This document shows positions 10,201-19,058 of a stretch of DNA of 64,000 bases, in pieces. Positions within the stretch are counted from its first letter, which is position 1; each line of letters starts with the position of its first letter. The DNA comes from Methanobacteriota archaeon (GTDB taxonomy: Archaea > Thermoplasmatota > Thermoplasmata > SG8-5 > DAIRED01): positions 22,795 through 86,794 of the forward strand of contig JAZDNO010000014.1 in assembly GCA_043799545.1 (NCBI GenBank), in the 5' to 3' direction. A program made the position numbers and the translations under genes. Below the pieces are notes generated by a model. It was not told where the DNA came from, did not search any database, and saw only the letters and a program-made list of their open reading frames with translations.

Positions 10201-12331
10201 GAGCGACAATGCCACCTGGAGCGCTTGGACGAAGGTGGGAAACGATACGGCGTCCCCGTGGTCGTTCAGCACCAGCATTGCCAGCGGGACGTACCATCAG
10301 TTCTACTCGAGGGCCGGCGACGTCTCAGGCAATTACGAGGCCGCGCCGGGTTCCAGGGACGCCCTTTGCGGGTACGACGCCACGGCCCCAATGACAGCAG
10401 TAAATGCGATTACCCCTTCGACTGCCGCTACCATGAGCCTTTCCATCACTTATTCGAGGAGCGACTCAGCCAGCGGGGTAAAGAACGTCACCTTGTGGTA
10501 CTCTTACTCGGCGAGCGGTACAGCGTACGGCGCCTGGCAAAAGTTCGGCACTGAGAGCGTTTCCCCGGCATTCGCGGCATTTGACTTCAACTTCCCCAGC
10601 GGCGGCGGCTATTACCAGTTCGCAACCAGGGGGACGGATTTCGTGGGCAATTGGGAGAGCGCCCCTTCGGGCAACGACACCTGGGTGTTGAAACTCACTT
10701 CGGACACGACGGCGCCATCGTCGTCGGCCACAGCCTTCGCGCCCTACTGGAAAAATGCCTCCCCGACCGCGATATCAGCGACGGCGAGCGACGCGGGCAG
10801 CGGCATTGCCAACGTGACGCTCTGGTACAGGCACAGCGCCACTAACTCAACATGGACCACGTGGGCGCCGTACGGCATGGACACTGCAGCTCCATGGGAG
10901 TGGAGTTTCGACTTCTCCTACAACCAAGGATATTACCAGTTCTATACCGTCGCAATCGATAACTCGAGCAACGCTGAAGCCGTGCCAACAACGGCCGACG
11001 CCGTCTGCGCATACGATTCCGCGCGGCCAACGATAACAGACAGCAGTCTGGCCACCGGAACAACTGGAGATAGCTACCAGTTCCATACAGTCGTCGTCGA
11101 CAACCTCAATCTATCCACGGTCCGCGTGATATACTGGTTCGGCGCGGGAAGCCAGACGAACACGACCATGGCGCGCACGACTGCCAACAATTACGAATTG
11201 TCAATCGGCGTCCCCTTGACCAGCCTTGCGACGCTCCACTACCGCATCGCGGCCGTGGACCGGGCGGGCAACTGGAACACCACATCGGTCAAGGATGTGC
11301 CAATAGCCGACAACGACGCCCCCGCCGCGAACGCTGGTGCGGACCAGACCGTCGATGCAGGTACCGCAGTCATCTTCGATGGTTCTGGCTCGACTGACAA
11401 CATTGGCATCGTAAACTACACGTGGACGTTCAACGACGGGGTCGGCAACGTCGTTTTGCATGGCGTCACGCCTTCCCATAACTTCACAGGGGAAGGCAAC
11501 TACTCCGTCACCCTCACCGTCAAGGACGGTGCAGGCAACAACGACACGGACACCATGGTCGTGCTGGTCAACCCTGAGGCGCTCGACGATTCGGACGGGG
11601 ACGGCGTCCCGGACGACATCGATGCCTTCCCAGACGACCCGAACGAAACAGCAGACACGGACGGTGATGGCGTCGGAGACAACGGAGATGCTTTCCCGAC
11701 CGATTCCAGCGAGTCAGCGGACACGGACGGTGACGGAGTTGGAGACAATTCCGACGCGTTCCCGAGCAACCCGGACGAATCCATCGACACCGACAATGAC
11801 GGCATTGGTGACAACGCGGACACGGACGACGACGGCGACGGCACACTCGATACCGAGGATCCAGCCCCCCTAGATTCGACGGTCACTGGCGATGACGGCA
11901 GTGGCAATTACTGGTGGATAATAATCATCATCGCAGTCGTAGCTGTGGCGCTTGTGATGGTCATGCTCAAGATGCGAGGCAATCGAGCGCCCGAAGAACC
12001 TGTCGTGGTAGTCTCTGCGGCGGAGCCAACGAAGGCACCAGCGCCCGAACCTATTCCGACGAAAGCATCGGCTCCAGAAATCGCTCCCGCAAAAACGCCA
12101 GAGCCTGTCCAGACCAAAGCGCCGACGCAGGCACCCCCGAAGGCTGAAGAACCCAAGGCAGCTCCACCGCCTCCGATATCATCGTCGCCGATAGCAACAC
12201 CCCAGACGCCGGCCGAGCCACCGCAATTGACCAAGGAGGAGCGCCTCGCAATGTTGAAGAAAGCCTATGACGATGGCAAGATTCCCAAGGAGGCGTACGA
12301 GAGGACAAAAATGCGCCTAGAAAGTCTTTAA
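7226..12331 (+). CDS. Large cell-surface protein: signal peptide, parallel beta-helix (NosD/CASH-like) repeats, Ig-like and PKD domains, thrombospondin type-3-like repeats, TM anchor, Pro-rich linker, SHOCT-like tail
   Basis: N-terminal hydrophobic signal; NNxIxxNxxGI repeats; GGNYWSDY; PKD motif FDGSGSTD..YTWTF; DxDGDGxxD repeats; WWIIIIIAVVAVALV; terminal ERLAMLKKAYDDGKIPKEAYE. Confidence 0.85.
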   Translation: MKKFASGWLCVVVILSSSWVALDLGLKVKADGYGDYPPPLAGDWHINTDTYVGNETIILDGNLWVESGSTLTFYNANLRMDNTFNGEHNILVNGTFNINNSMITSHDGVNRYLFEFQGFSDGLFEKANISYCGYDNDHRGFTVSVPDLVVKNSTFDRGYFGVTLQTDGPEFYNVSITNTEGNGMVFYGPNSVFQDSIIRNCTNVGLQIGFSDATITNVTIEDCWLSNVAAASGNVLLVNSTLSNATLYSVLLSTGAHLTYLNTTDTNNGYYFDAGTSMTKKWFLNAKVVNESGNPVVGATVRVRDNENGTYDANFTTDATGWARWIVVNESWENETNAIIYTPHQISVSNATLSKESIPMQIMNRSKNLVIDLDSALTIHLPIRINSDADFDAAHGVVNEATGDGSAGNPWIIENYDINGTGYGYCIYVGNTTDYFVVRNCNLHESGGVSSWPYYTGSGILVNNIRNGVLFNNTLADNNNGIHIFGSNTNLIQNNGINDNHNGINVEFSAGNSIRDNVVENNDYGIILYHSTYNTLANNSMIKDGIFIRSGDIEHWNTHNIDNTNTVDGRPVYYLKNVTSGSIPSDAGQVILANCSGISVSNLSLQYADAGIMIGYSDNITVRNNIIVGINWYCDDSGILMDNTENVSVVNNTISMYSYGITLDSSEYNALDRNTIISCMDGIVIREGYNHNISNNSLLSCYQGIFTYPGCRSNMIFSNQITSNGYGIRIWQGNNNSIANNDFDQNNYGIYLSFSWDIWAGSNNTIYHNNFISSFTYHAVDSTYNDWNLSYPIGGNYWSDYTGVDLNDTPAQNVPPPDGIGDTPYTSIDSTTGAQDNYPLMHPIGYPIVISTLPPSGGINISTGMSVTVIFSQSLNTSVTPVLTQTAGSPVTYAFQGWSQTNVANDTATWTHGNWAQNNLVTIVVSNFMDLSGGAGFNHAFSFRTADTISPVSSVNTIAGYWKTTSPMTIGASASDGTGSGVAYVELWSRASSDNATWSAWTKVGNDTASPWSFSTSIASGTYHQFYSRAGDVSGNYEAAPGSRDALCGYDATAPMTAVNAITPSTAATMSLSITYSRSDSASGVKNVTLWYSYSASGTAYGAWQKFGTESVSPAFAAFDFNFPSGGGYYQFATRGTDFVGNWESAPSGNDTWVLKLTSDTTAPSSSATAFAPYWKNASPTAISATASDAGSGIANVTLWYRHSATNSTWTTWAPYGMDTAAPWEWSFDFSYNQGYYQFYTVAIDNSSNAEAVPTTADAVCAYDSARPTITDSSLATGTTGDSYQFHTVVVDNLNLSTVRVIYWFGAGSQTNTTMARTTANNYELSIGVPLTSLATLHYRIAAVDRAGNWNTTSVKDVPIADNDAPAANAGADQTVDAGTAVIFDGSGSTDNIGIVNYTWTFNDGVGNVVLHGVTPSHNFTGEGNYSVTLTVKDGAGNNDTDTMVVLVNPEALDDSDGDGVPDDIDAFPDDPNETADTDGDGVGDNGDAFPTDSSESADTDGDGVGDNSDAFPSNPDESIDTDNDGIGDNADTDDDGDGTLDTEDPAPLDSTVTGDDGSGNYWWIIIIIAVVAVALVMVMLKMRGNRAPEEPVVVVSAAEPTKAPAPEPIPTKASAPEIAPAKTPEPVQTKAPTQAPPKAEEPKAAPPPPISSSPIATPQTPAEPPQLTKEERLAMLKKAYDDGKIPKEAYERTKMRLESL
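11586..11870 (+). repeat. Intragenic thrombospondin type-3-like Ca-binding repeats (DSDGDGVPDDIDAFP / DTDGDGVGDN)
   Basis: Four to five imperfect ~23-aa units in frame within the surface protein. Confidence 0.85.
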
Positions 12332-12378
12332 GGCGGCAGCAAATTCAAAAGGCAAATCCTTTCCTTACGGTTATTCTG

Positions 12379-12393
12379 TAATAATTATTATCA
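12379..12393. promoter_or_regulatory. Fur-box-like 7-1-7 inverted repeat upstream of amrB
   Basis: TAATAAT-T-ATTATCA, one mismatch to the Fur core TGATAAT-N-ATTATCA; includes the perfect palindrome TAATAATTATTA. Confidence 0.4.
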
Positions 12394-12426
12394 TAGTAGA
12401 GCATATCCCCCATGGTGAGGGTCTAG

Positions 12427-13242
12427 ATGCGCCGTCCTATAGTCGCAGGCAAATTTTACGCTGGCAATGAAACCGCGCTCCGCGCACAGGTCGAGTGGTG
12501 CTTCAGGCACAAGGTCGGGCTAGGCAGGCTGCCCCAGGTCTCTCCGCAGAGAAAGGGCGATGTCCGCGGCTGCGTCGTGCCGCACGCTGGATTCATGTAT
12601 TCTGGCCCGGTGGCCGCCCATTCATACGCCGCCGTCGCCGAGGACGGCGTCCCGGACGTGTTCGTCGTCCTGGGGCCGAACCACACCGGCCGGGGCTCGG
12701 ATGTCTCGGTGATGGCCGACGATTTCGACACGCCGATGGGGAAGGTCGAGGTCGATAAGGAGATTGCAAAGGCGATGAGAACTGGAATCATCGCCGATGA
12801 CGCCTCCGCCCACGCCTTCGAGCACTCCATAGAGGTCCAGCTTCCTTTTATTAAACACATCGCGCCGAAAGCCAAGCTCGTCCCGGTCTGCATGATGATG
12901 CAGGACTACGAGACCGCGCGCGAGGCGGGGAAAACCATAGGGAAGGCGATATCGGGCAGGAGCGCCGTTGTTCTGGCATCCACGGATTTCTCCCACTACG
13001 TTTCTGCGGAGACGGCGAAGCGCAAGGATTCGCTAGCGATAGGGCGCATCACCGCCCTTGACCCGAAGGGGCTGCACCAGGTCGTGGAGAAGAACGGGAT
13101 TTCGATGTGCGGCTACGGACCTGTGATGGCGATGATGGAGGCGATTCAACCGAAGAGCGCACGCCTGCTCAAGTATGCTACGTCGGGCGACCTGGCCCCG
13201 ATGAAGGACGTAGTGGGGTACGCGGCGATTGCCCTGGGATAA
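12427..13242 (+). CDS. amrB: AmmeMemoRadiSam system protein B (MEMO1 family)
   Basis: MRRPIVAGKFY, PHAGFMYSG, GPNHTG, EHSIEVQLPF, STDFSHY, SMCGYGP, YATSGD. Confidence 0.95.
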   Translation: MRRPIVAGKFYAGNETALRAQVEWCFRHKVGLGRLPQVSPQRKGDVRGCVVPHAGFMYSGPVAAHSYAAVAEDGVPDVFVVLGPNHTGRGSDVSVMADDFDTPMGKVEVDKEIAKAMRTGIIADDASAHAFEHSIEVQLPFIKHIAPKAKLVPVCMMMQDYETAREAGKTIGKAISGRSAVVLASTDFSHYVSAETAKRKDSLAIGRITALDPKGLHQVVEKNGISMCGYGPVMAMMEAIQPKSARLLKYATSGDLAPMKDVVGYAAIALG

Positions 13243-13281
13243 TTTCTGCAGGAAACCGTTTCGCCTGGAACGAAGGGGTGA

Positions 13282-14625
<1,344 letters not shown>

Positions 14626-14786
14626 AAAATTAACCCCGGGGCTTCACCAAATTTTATAAACAACCCCTGTGATTACCGCTGCGTTCCGACAGAATTTGGG
14701 GATGCACTCGATGGTCGCGCGTTTGATGCTGGCTCAGCCTTCAACCGTGGCATTTTGAGGTTTCCGGATTCGAGGGAGGGGATGAT

Positions 14787-17018
14787 TTGGAGCTATCCGA
14801 GAACGCGGTCGCCGTGCTGGAGAAGAGGTACCTGATAAAGGACAAGAAGGGGAAGACCATCGAGACGCCGGACGGCATGTTCAGGCGCGTGGCCGAGAAC
14901 ATAGCCTCGGCCGAGCTAAAGCACGGCAAGTCCAAGCAGGAAGTCAAGCAGATAGAGCGCGAATTCTACGACTTCATGAAGAGCCTGGAGTTCATGCCAA
15001 ACTCCCCGACCCTTATGAACGCGGGGCGCGACATGCAGCAGCTCTCGGCGTGCTTCGTCCTGCCAATAGAGGACTCGATGGAATCCATCTTCACCTCGCT
15101 GAAGAACGCGGCGATGATTCACAAGTCGGGCGGTGGAACTGGCTTCGCCTTCTCGCGCATACGCCCCAAGGCCGACCCCGTACTCTCAACGATGGGCGTG
15201 AGCAGCGGTCCGATATCGTTCATGAAGGTCTACAACGCCGCCACGGAGGCCATCAAACAGGGGGGCACGCGCCGCGGCGCGAACATGGGAATCCTCCGCG
15301 TGGACCACCCGGACATCATGGACTTCATCAAGTGCAAGGAGGACACGACCAAGCTGACGAACTTCAACATCTCCGTCGCCCTGACGGAGGAGTACATGAA
15401 GGCCGTAATCGGGGACGAGGAGTACGAGCTTCTCAACCCGCGCACGAAGGACGTCGCCGGCAAGCTGAAGGCGAGGGACGTCTTCGACACGATATCCGAG
15501 ATGGCGTGGAGGACCGGAGAGCCGGGAATCGTCTTCCTTGACAGGATAAACAGGGACAACCCGACCCCGGCTATCGGGGAGATCGAGAGCACGAATCCGT
15601 GCGGGGAGCAGCCCCTTCTGCCATACGAATCCTGCAACCTGGGCTCAATCAACCTGGCGCTCATGGTCAAGGGCGGGGACGTGAACTGGGAGCGCCTCAA
15701 GGCTGTCACGCGCACGGCGGTGCGCTTCCTGGACGACGTCATCGACGTCAACAACTACCCCTTGCCGGAGATAGGCGAGATGTCGCTTGGCAACAGAAAA
15801 ATTGGCTTGGGAGTCATGGGATGGGCCGACATGCTGGTGCAGCTTGGCATACAATACGATTCGCCGAAGGCGCTCAAGCTGGCCGAGCGCGTAATGAAGT
15901 TCGTTCAGGACGAGGGCTGGAAGATGAGCGGGGAGCTGGCAGAGGAGAAAGGGGCGTTCCCCAACTTCGCCAAGTCCAAGTTCGCCAAAGGGCGCAAGGT
16001 CCGCAACGCCACTGTGACGACCATCGCCCCGACGGGCACGATTTCCATGATCGTGGACTGCTCCAGCGGGGTCGAGCCGAACTTCTCAGTAGCCTACCTC
16101 AAGCGCGTGATGGACGGGCGCGAGCTGCCGTATGCGAACCGCTACTTCGAGGAGCTCGTGAAGCGCAGGGGCATACACACCGCCGAGCTGATGGAGAAGG
16201 TCGCCAAGGCCGGCCACATCCAGGAGCTGGAGGAGATACCCGAGGACATCAGGAAGCTATTCCTCACGGCGCATGACATCTCCCCCGAGGGCCACATCAT
16301 GATGCAGGCGGCGTTCCAGAAGTTCACCGACAACGCCGTTTCGAAGACCGTGAACATGAGCAACGATGCGAAGGTCGCCGACGTTGCCAAGGTGTTCAAG
16401 CTCGCGTACGAGACTGGATGCAAGGGCGTCACGGTCTACAGGGACGGCAGCAGGGAAGCCCAGGTATTGTCTTCCGGCACGGCCAAAGACCAGGCTAAGG
16501 CCGTGCAGACAAGGCTGAGCCTAGGCGAAATCGACGTTGACGAGAACGGAAAGCTCAAGCCCCGAGCCCGGCCGCTGGTGACCACAGGCTCGACCGTGCG
16601 CATGACCACTGGCTGCGGTTACCTTTACGTGACGATAAACGAGGACGAGCGCGGCCTGTTCGAGATATTCGCGCGGATGGGCAAGACTGGCGGCTGCGCC
16701 GCGAGCCAGACCGAGGCGATAGGACGATTGATATCGCTCTCTCTGCGCTCCGGCATAGACCCGGTCGCCGTCGTGAAGCAGCTCAAGGGGATTCGCTGCC
16801 CGGTGCCGGCGCCGCTGTCGAAGGAGCGCTGCCTCTCGTGCCCTGACGCGGTCGGCCAGGCATTCGAGATATTCATGAAGTCCAGGGGCGAGAAAATCGT
16901 CTTCGACGTCAAGCCCTCGGACCGAGGGCTGCGTCCGGAGTGCCCGGAGTGCGGGGCGCCGATAGAGTTCGCGGAGGGCTGCGCGGTCTGCCCGGCGTGC
17001 GGGTACTCGAAGTGCTGA
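14787..17018 (+). CDS. nrdJ: Class II (adenosylcobalamin-dependent) ribonucleotide reductase with C-terminal TSCPD/Zn-ribbon region
   Basis: PNSPTLMNAG, SACFV, TNPCGEQ, CNLGS, TIAPTGTIS, CKGVTVYRDGSR; C-terminal CPECG..CPACGYSKC. No intein seen. Confidence 0.93.
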   Translation: MELSENAVAVLEKRYLIKDKKGKTIETPDGMFRRVAENIASAELKHGKSKQEVKQIEREFYDFMKSLEFMPNSPTLMNAGRDMQQLSACFVLPIEDSMESIFTSLKNAAMIHKSGGGTGFAFSRIRPKADPVLSTMGVSSGPISFMKVYNAATEAIKQGGTRRGANMGILRVDHPDIMDFIKCKEDTTKLTNFNISVALTEEYMKAVIGDEEYELLNPRTKDVAGKLKARDVFDTISEMAWRTGEPGIVFLDRINRDNPTPAIGEIESTNPCGEQPLLPYESCNLGSINLALMVKGGDVNWERLKAVTRTAVRFLDDVIDVNNYPLPEIGEMSLGNRKIGLGVMGWADMLVQLGIQYDSPKALKLAERVMKFVQDEGWKMSGELAEEKGAFPNFAKSKFAKGRKVRNATVTTIAPTGTISMIVDCSSGVEPNFSVAYLKRVMDGRELPYANRYFEELVKRRGIHTAELMEKVAKAGHIQELEEIPEDIRKLFLTAHDISPEGHIMMQAAFQKFTDNAVSKTVNMSNDAKVADVAKVFKLAYETGCKGVTVYRDGSREAQVLSSGTAKDQAKAVQTRLSLGEIDVDENGKLKPRARPLVTTGSTVRMTTGCGYLYVTINEDERGLFEIFARMGKTGGCAASQTEAIGRLISLSLRSGIDPVAVVKQLKGIRCPVPAPLSKERCLSCPDAVGQAFEIFMKSRGEKIVFDVKPSDRGLRPECPECGAPIEFAEGCAVCPACGYSKC

Positions 17019-17019
17019 T

Positions 17020-18363
17020 TCAAAGCCTCTTCATCGCCTCGCGCGCCTGGCCCGCCCGCTGGGCGTTGCCTATGCCGTCGAAAATCATCGCCGCACTGAG
17101 GAGGTACTCGTTCGCCTGCGCTTTCTTGTCGGCCTCGGCGAGCATCAGACCGCATTCGTAGCTCGCGTCGGCCAGCCTGTAGGGCATGTTCAGCTTCTCG
17201 CGGAGCGAGATAGTCTTCTCGAAGTACGCCAGCGACTCGTCGAAGCTGCCCTTGAGCCTGTAGATTATCGCGTAGGAGAGGTAGGCGCCTGACATGCCGA
17301 GGCTGTCCCCGAGCTTTTGGAATATGGCGAGCGACCTGTCACAGTACTTGACCGCCTTCTTGAAATCCTTCAGCCGCGCATAATCCTCGCCGGCGTTGAA
17401 GAGCGCCCAGCCCTCCATAACGACGTGGCCTATCTTCGAGGCAAGCGCTATGCATTTCTCGTAGTACTCGACCGATTCTTCGTATTTTTCCTGCCTCGCG
17501 AAGTTGACGCCGATGTTGTTGTAGAGGGTTGCCATCGCCTGGTAGTCTTTGAGTTCCGTCAGCAGCGTGAGGCTCTTGTTGGCGCATTCCAGGCCGCGCT
17601 CGTACTTGCCGCGCTCGTCGTAGACGTTCGCCATCGCCATGTACACCTGCGCCGACCCCTCCTTGTAGTTGTGTTTCTCGGCAAGCCAGAGGGCCTGCTC
17701 GAGCACGCCGATGGCGCGCTGGTACTCCCCCTTGCGCCAGTAGAGGTTCCCCAGCAATCTGTTCGCGTCCACCAGGAGTGGCGGCTCGCCGATATTCTCC
17801 GCCTTTCCGACCGCATCCTTGATGAGCGGCAACGCCTCGTCGTAATTCCCAGACCGGAGGTGAATTCCGCCAAGGCCGCTCTGAAGTTTAACCGCCATGC
17901 GGAGGTCGCCGATGTGGTTGGCGATTTTCAAGGCCTTCGAATAGTTCTCCACGGCGTCCCTCCACAACCCAGCGTGCCGGCTGGCCTCGCCGAGCTCGAA
18001 GAGCGCAGACATCCTCTTCCCCGCCTCCACCTTCTCGGAGGTCTGGGACTTCATCGAATGGATTGCCGTCAGTTTTTTGTAGACGGATTTGGCCTTGTCC
18101 TGGCCGAAGAACGTCATCGCCTTCGAGAGGGCGCTCGCCAGGGCTGGCAGGTCGGCGGGTCTGAGTTCGTCCGGGTCGAGCTTGAGGTCCTTACACTGCT
18201 TCTTGACGATGAAGAACCCCATCTCCCCGAGTTCCGAGAGCATTATCTTATTGATTTCCTGGCTGGTTTCAGATGGCAAGGCGCTCCTCCGTTGCGTTTG
18301 GAGCCGATATGCGGATGGAACAGCTGCCCCCTCAAATCCCTTTCGGCGGACTCGTGGGAACAC
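17020..18363 (-). CDS. TPR-repeat protein with small N-terminal helical domain; start uncertain (ATG 18243 is an alternative)
   Basis: About seven TPR-like units (LGNLYWRKGEYQRAI, NNIGVNFARQEKYEES). Confidence 0.8.
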   Translation of the reverse strand: MFPRVRRKGFEGAAVPSAYRLQTQRRSALPSETSQEINKIMLSELGEMGFFIVKKQCKDLKLDPDELRPADLPALASALSKAMTFFGQDKAKSVYKKLTAIHSMKSQTSEKVEAGKRMSALFELGEASRHAGLWRDAVENYSKALKIANHIGDLRMAVKLQSGLGGIHLRSGNYDEALPLIKDAVGKAENIGEPPLLVDANRLLGNLYWRKGEYQRAIGVLEQALWLAEKHNYKEGSAQVYMAMANVYDERGKYERGLECANKSLTLLTELKDYQAMATLYNNIGVNFARQEKYEESVEYYEKCIALASKIGHVVMEGWALFNAGEDYARLKDFKKAVKYCDRSLAIFQKLGDSLGMSGAYLSYAIIYRLKGSFDESLAYFEKTISLREKLNMPYRLADASYECGLMLAEADKKAQANEYLLSAAMIFDGIGNAQRAGQAREAMKRL

Positions 18364-18513
18364 ATGGTCTCCATGCGTGAGCGAAAATGCGAAATTGCCA
18401 TAACTGGAATCGCATCAGGCCCGCAATGGCATCATCATTCCCGGCAAATCACCGCAACCATTATATAGTACCGTCTGCTCCTCGGTTAGCCTTAACCCGA
18501 GATGCTAGGCACT

Positions 18514-18681
18514 GGGCCCGTAGCTCAGCTAGGTAGGAGGGGCCGCACGCGACCTCTCTCTAGTAAGAGCGTCTGGCTTTTAGCCGCCGGGGACAAGCTC
18601 CCATGCGGGTAAGACACCAGAATGTCCGGGGTTCGAATGACGCTGCCTCCGGGCACCGCTCCGAAATTCCCCGCGGGCCCG
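18514..18681 (+). tRNA. tRNA-Lys(UUU) with three introns (20/21, 37/38, 59/60)
   Basis: Exons 18514-18534, 18566-18582, 18616-18637 and 18668-18681 join to a 74-nt cloverleaf: acceptor GGGCCCG/CGGGCCC, D GCTC/GAGC, anticodon stem TCTGG/CCAGA with loop CT-TTT-AA, T CGGGG/CCCCG with TTCGAAT. Introns have BHB-type junctions. Confidence 0.93.
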
Positions 18682-18792
18682 CAGCCAATGATTGCATGGG
18701 CGGCAATCGCGGAGTGGGTGACAAGATGGCAAAAAACCCAGAAAACCAACAATCAGGATTCTCAGGCAATACTGCAAAGAGGAGCTGAAAGC

Positions 18793-19050
18793 ATGGACGA
18801 CTTCAACGTGCTAGAGCACGATCTAGTTCCTTCCCACATCCTTCTCTCGGAGAAGGAGGTCGCGGAAGTGCTTCAGAAGTACGGGATAGGGAAGGACCAG
18901 CTTCCCAAGATTCGGCGCACGGACCCTTGCGTGAGGGCCATAGAGGACGCCATGAACAAGGACATCGAGGAGGGCTCGATGATAAAGATAGTGCGCAACA
19001 GCCCTGTGGCAGGAATGATTGTAAGCTACCGGGTGGTCGTCAAGGGATAG
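18793..19050 (+). CDS. rpoH: RNA polymerase subunit H (Rpo5)
   Basis: FNVLEHDLVPSHILL, QLPKIRRTDP, KIVRNSPVAG..YRVV; start set at ATG 18793. Confidence 0.96.
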   Translation: MDDFNVLEHDLVPSHILLSEKEVAEVLQKYGIGKDQLPKIRRTDPCVRAIEDAMNKDIEEGSMIKIVRNSPVAGMIVSYRVVVKG

Positions 19051-19058
19051 GTGTGTAA

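Noticed and set aside
11586-11870. Regularly spaced repeats as a possible CRISPR array
   Set aside because: Repeats are degenerate, in frame and encode DxDxDG motifs; no unique spacers, no cas genes.
14626-14786. Possible cobalamin riboswitch in the nrdJ leader
   Set aside because: I could not find the B12-box or core consensus by eye; an Rfam scan would be decisive.
18525-18792. Several short track ORFs and a long N-terminal extension of RpoH
   Set aside because: They overlap the intron-containing tRNA-Lys gene.
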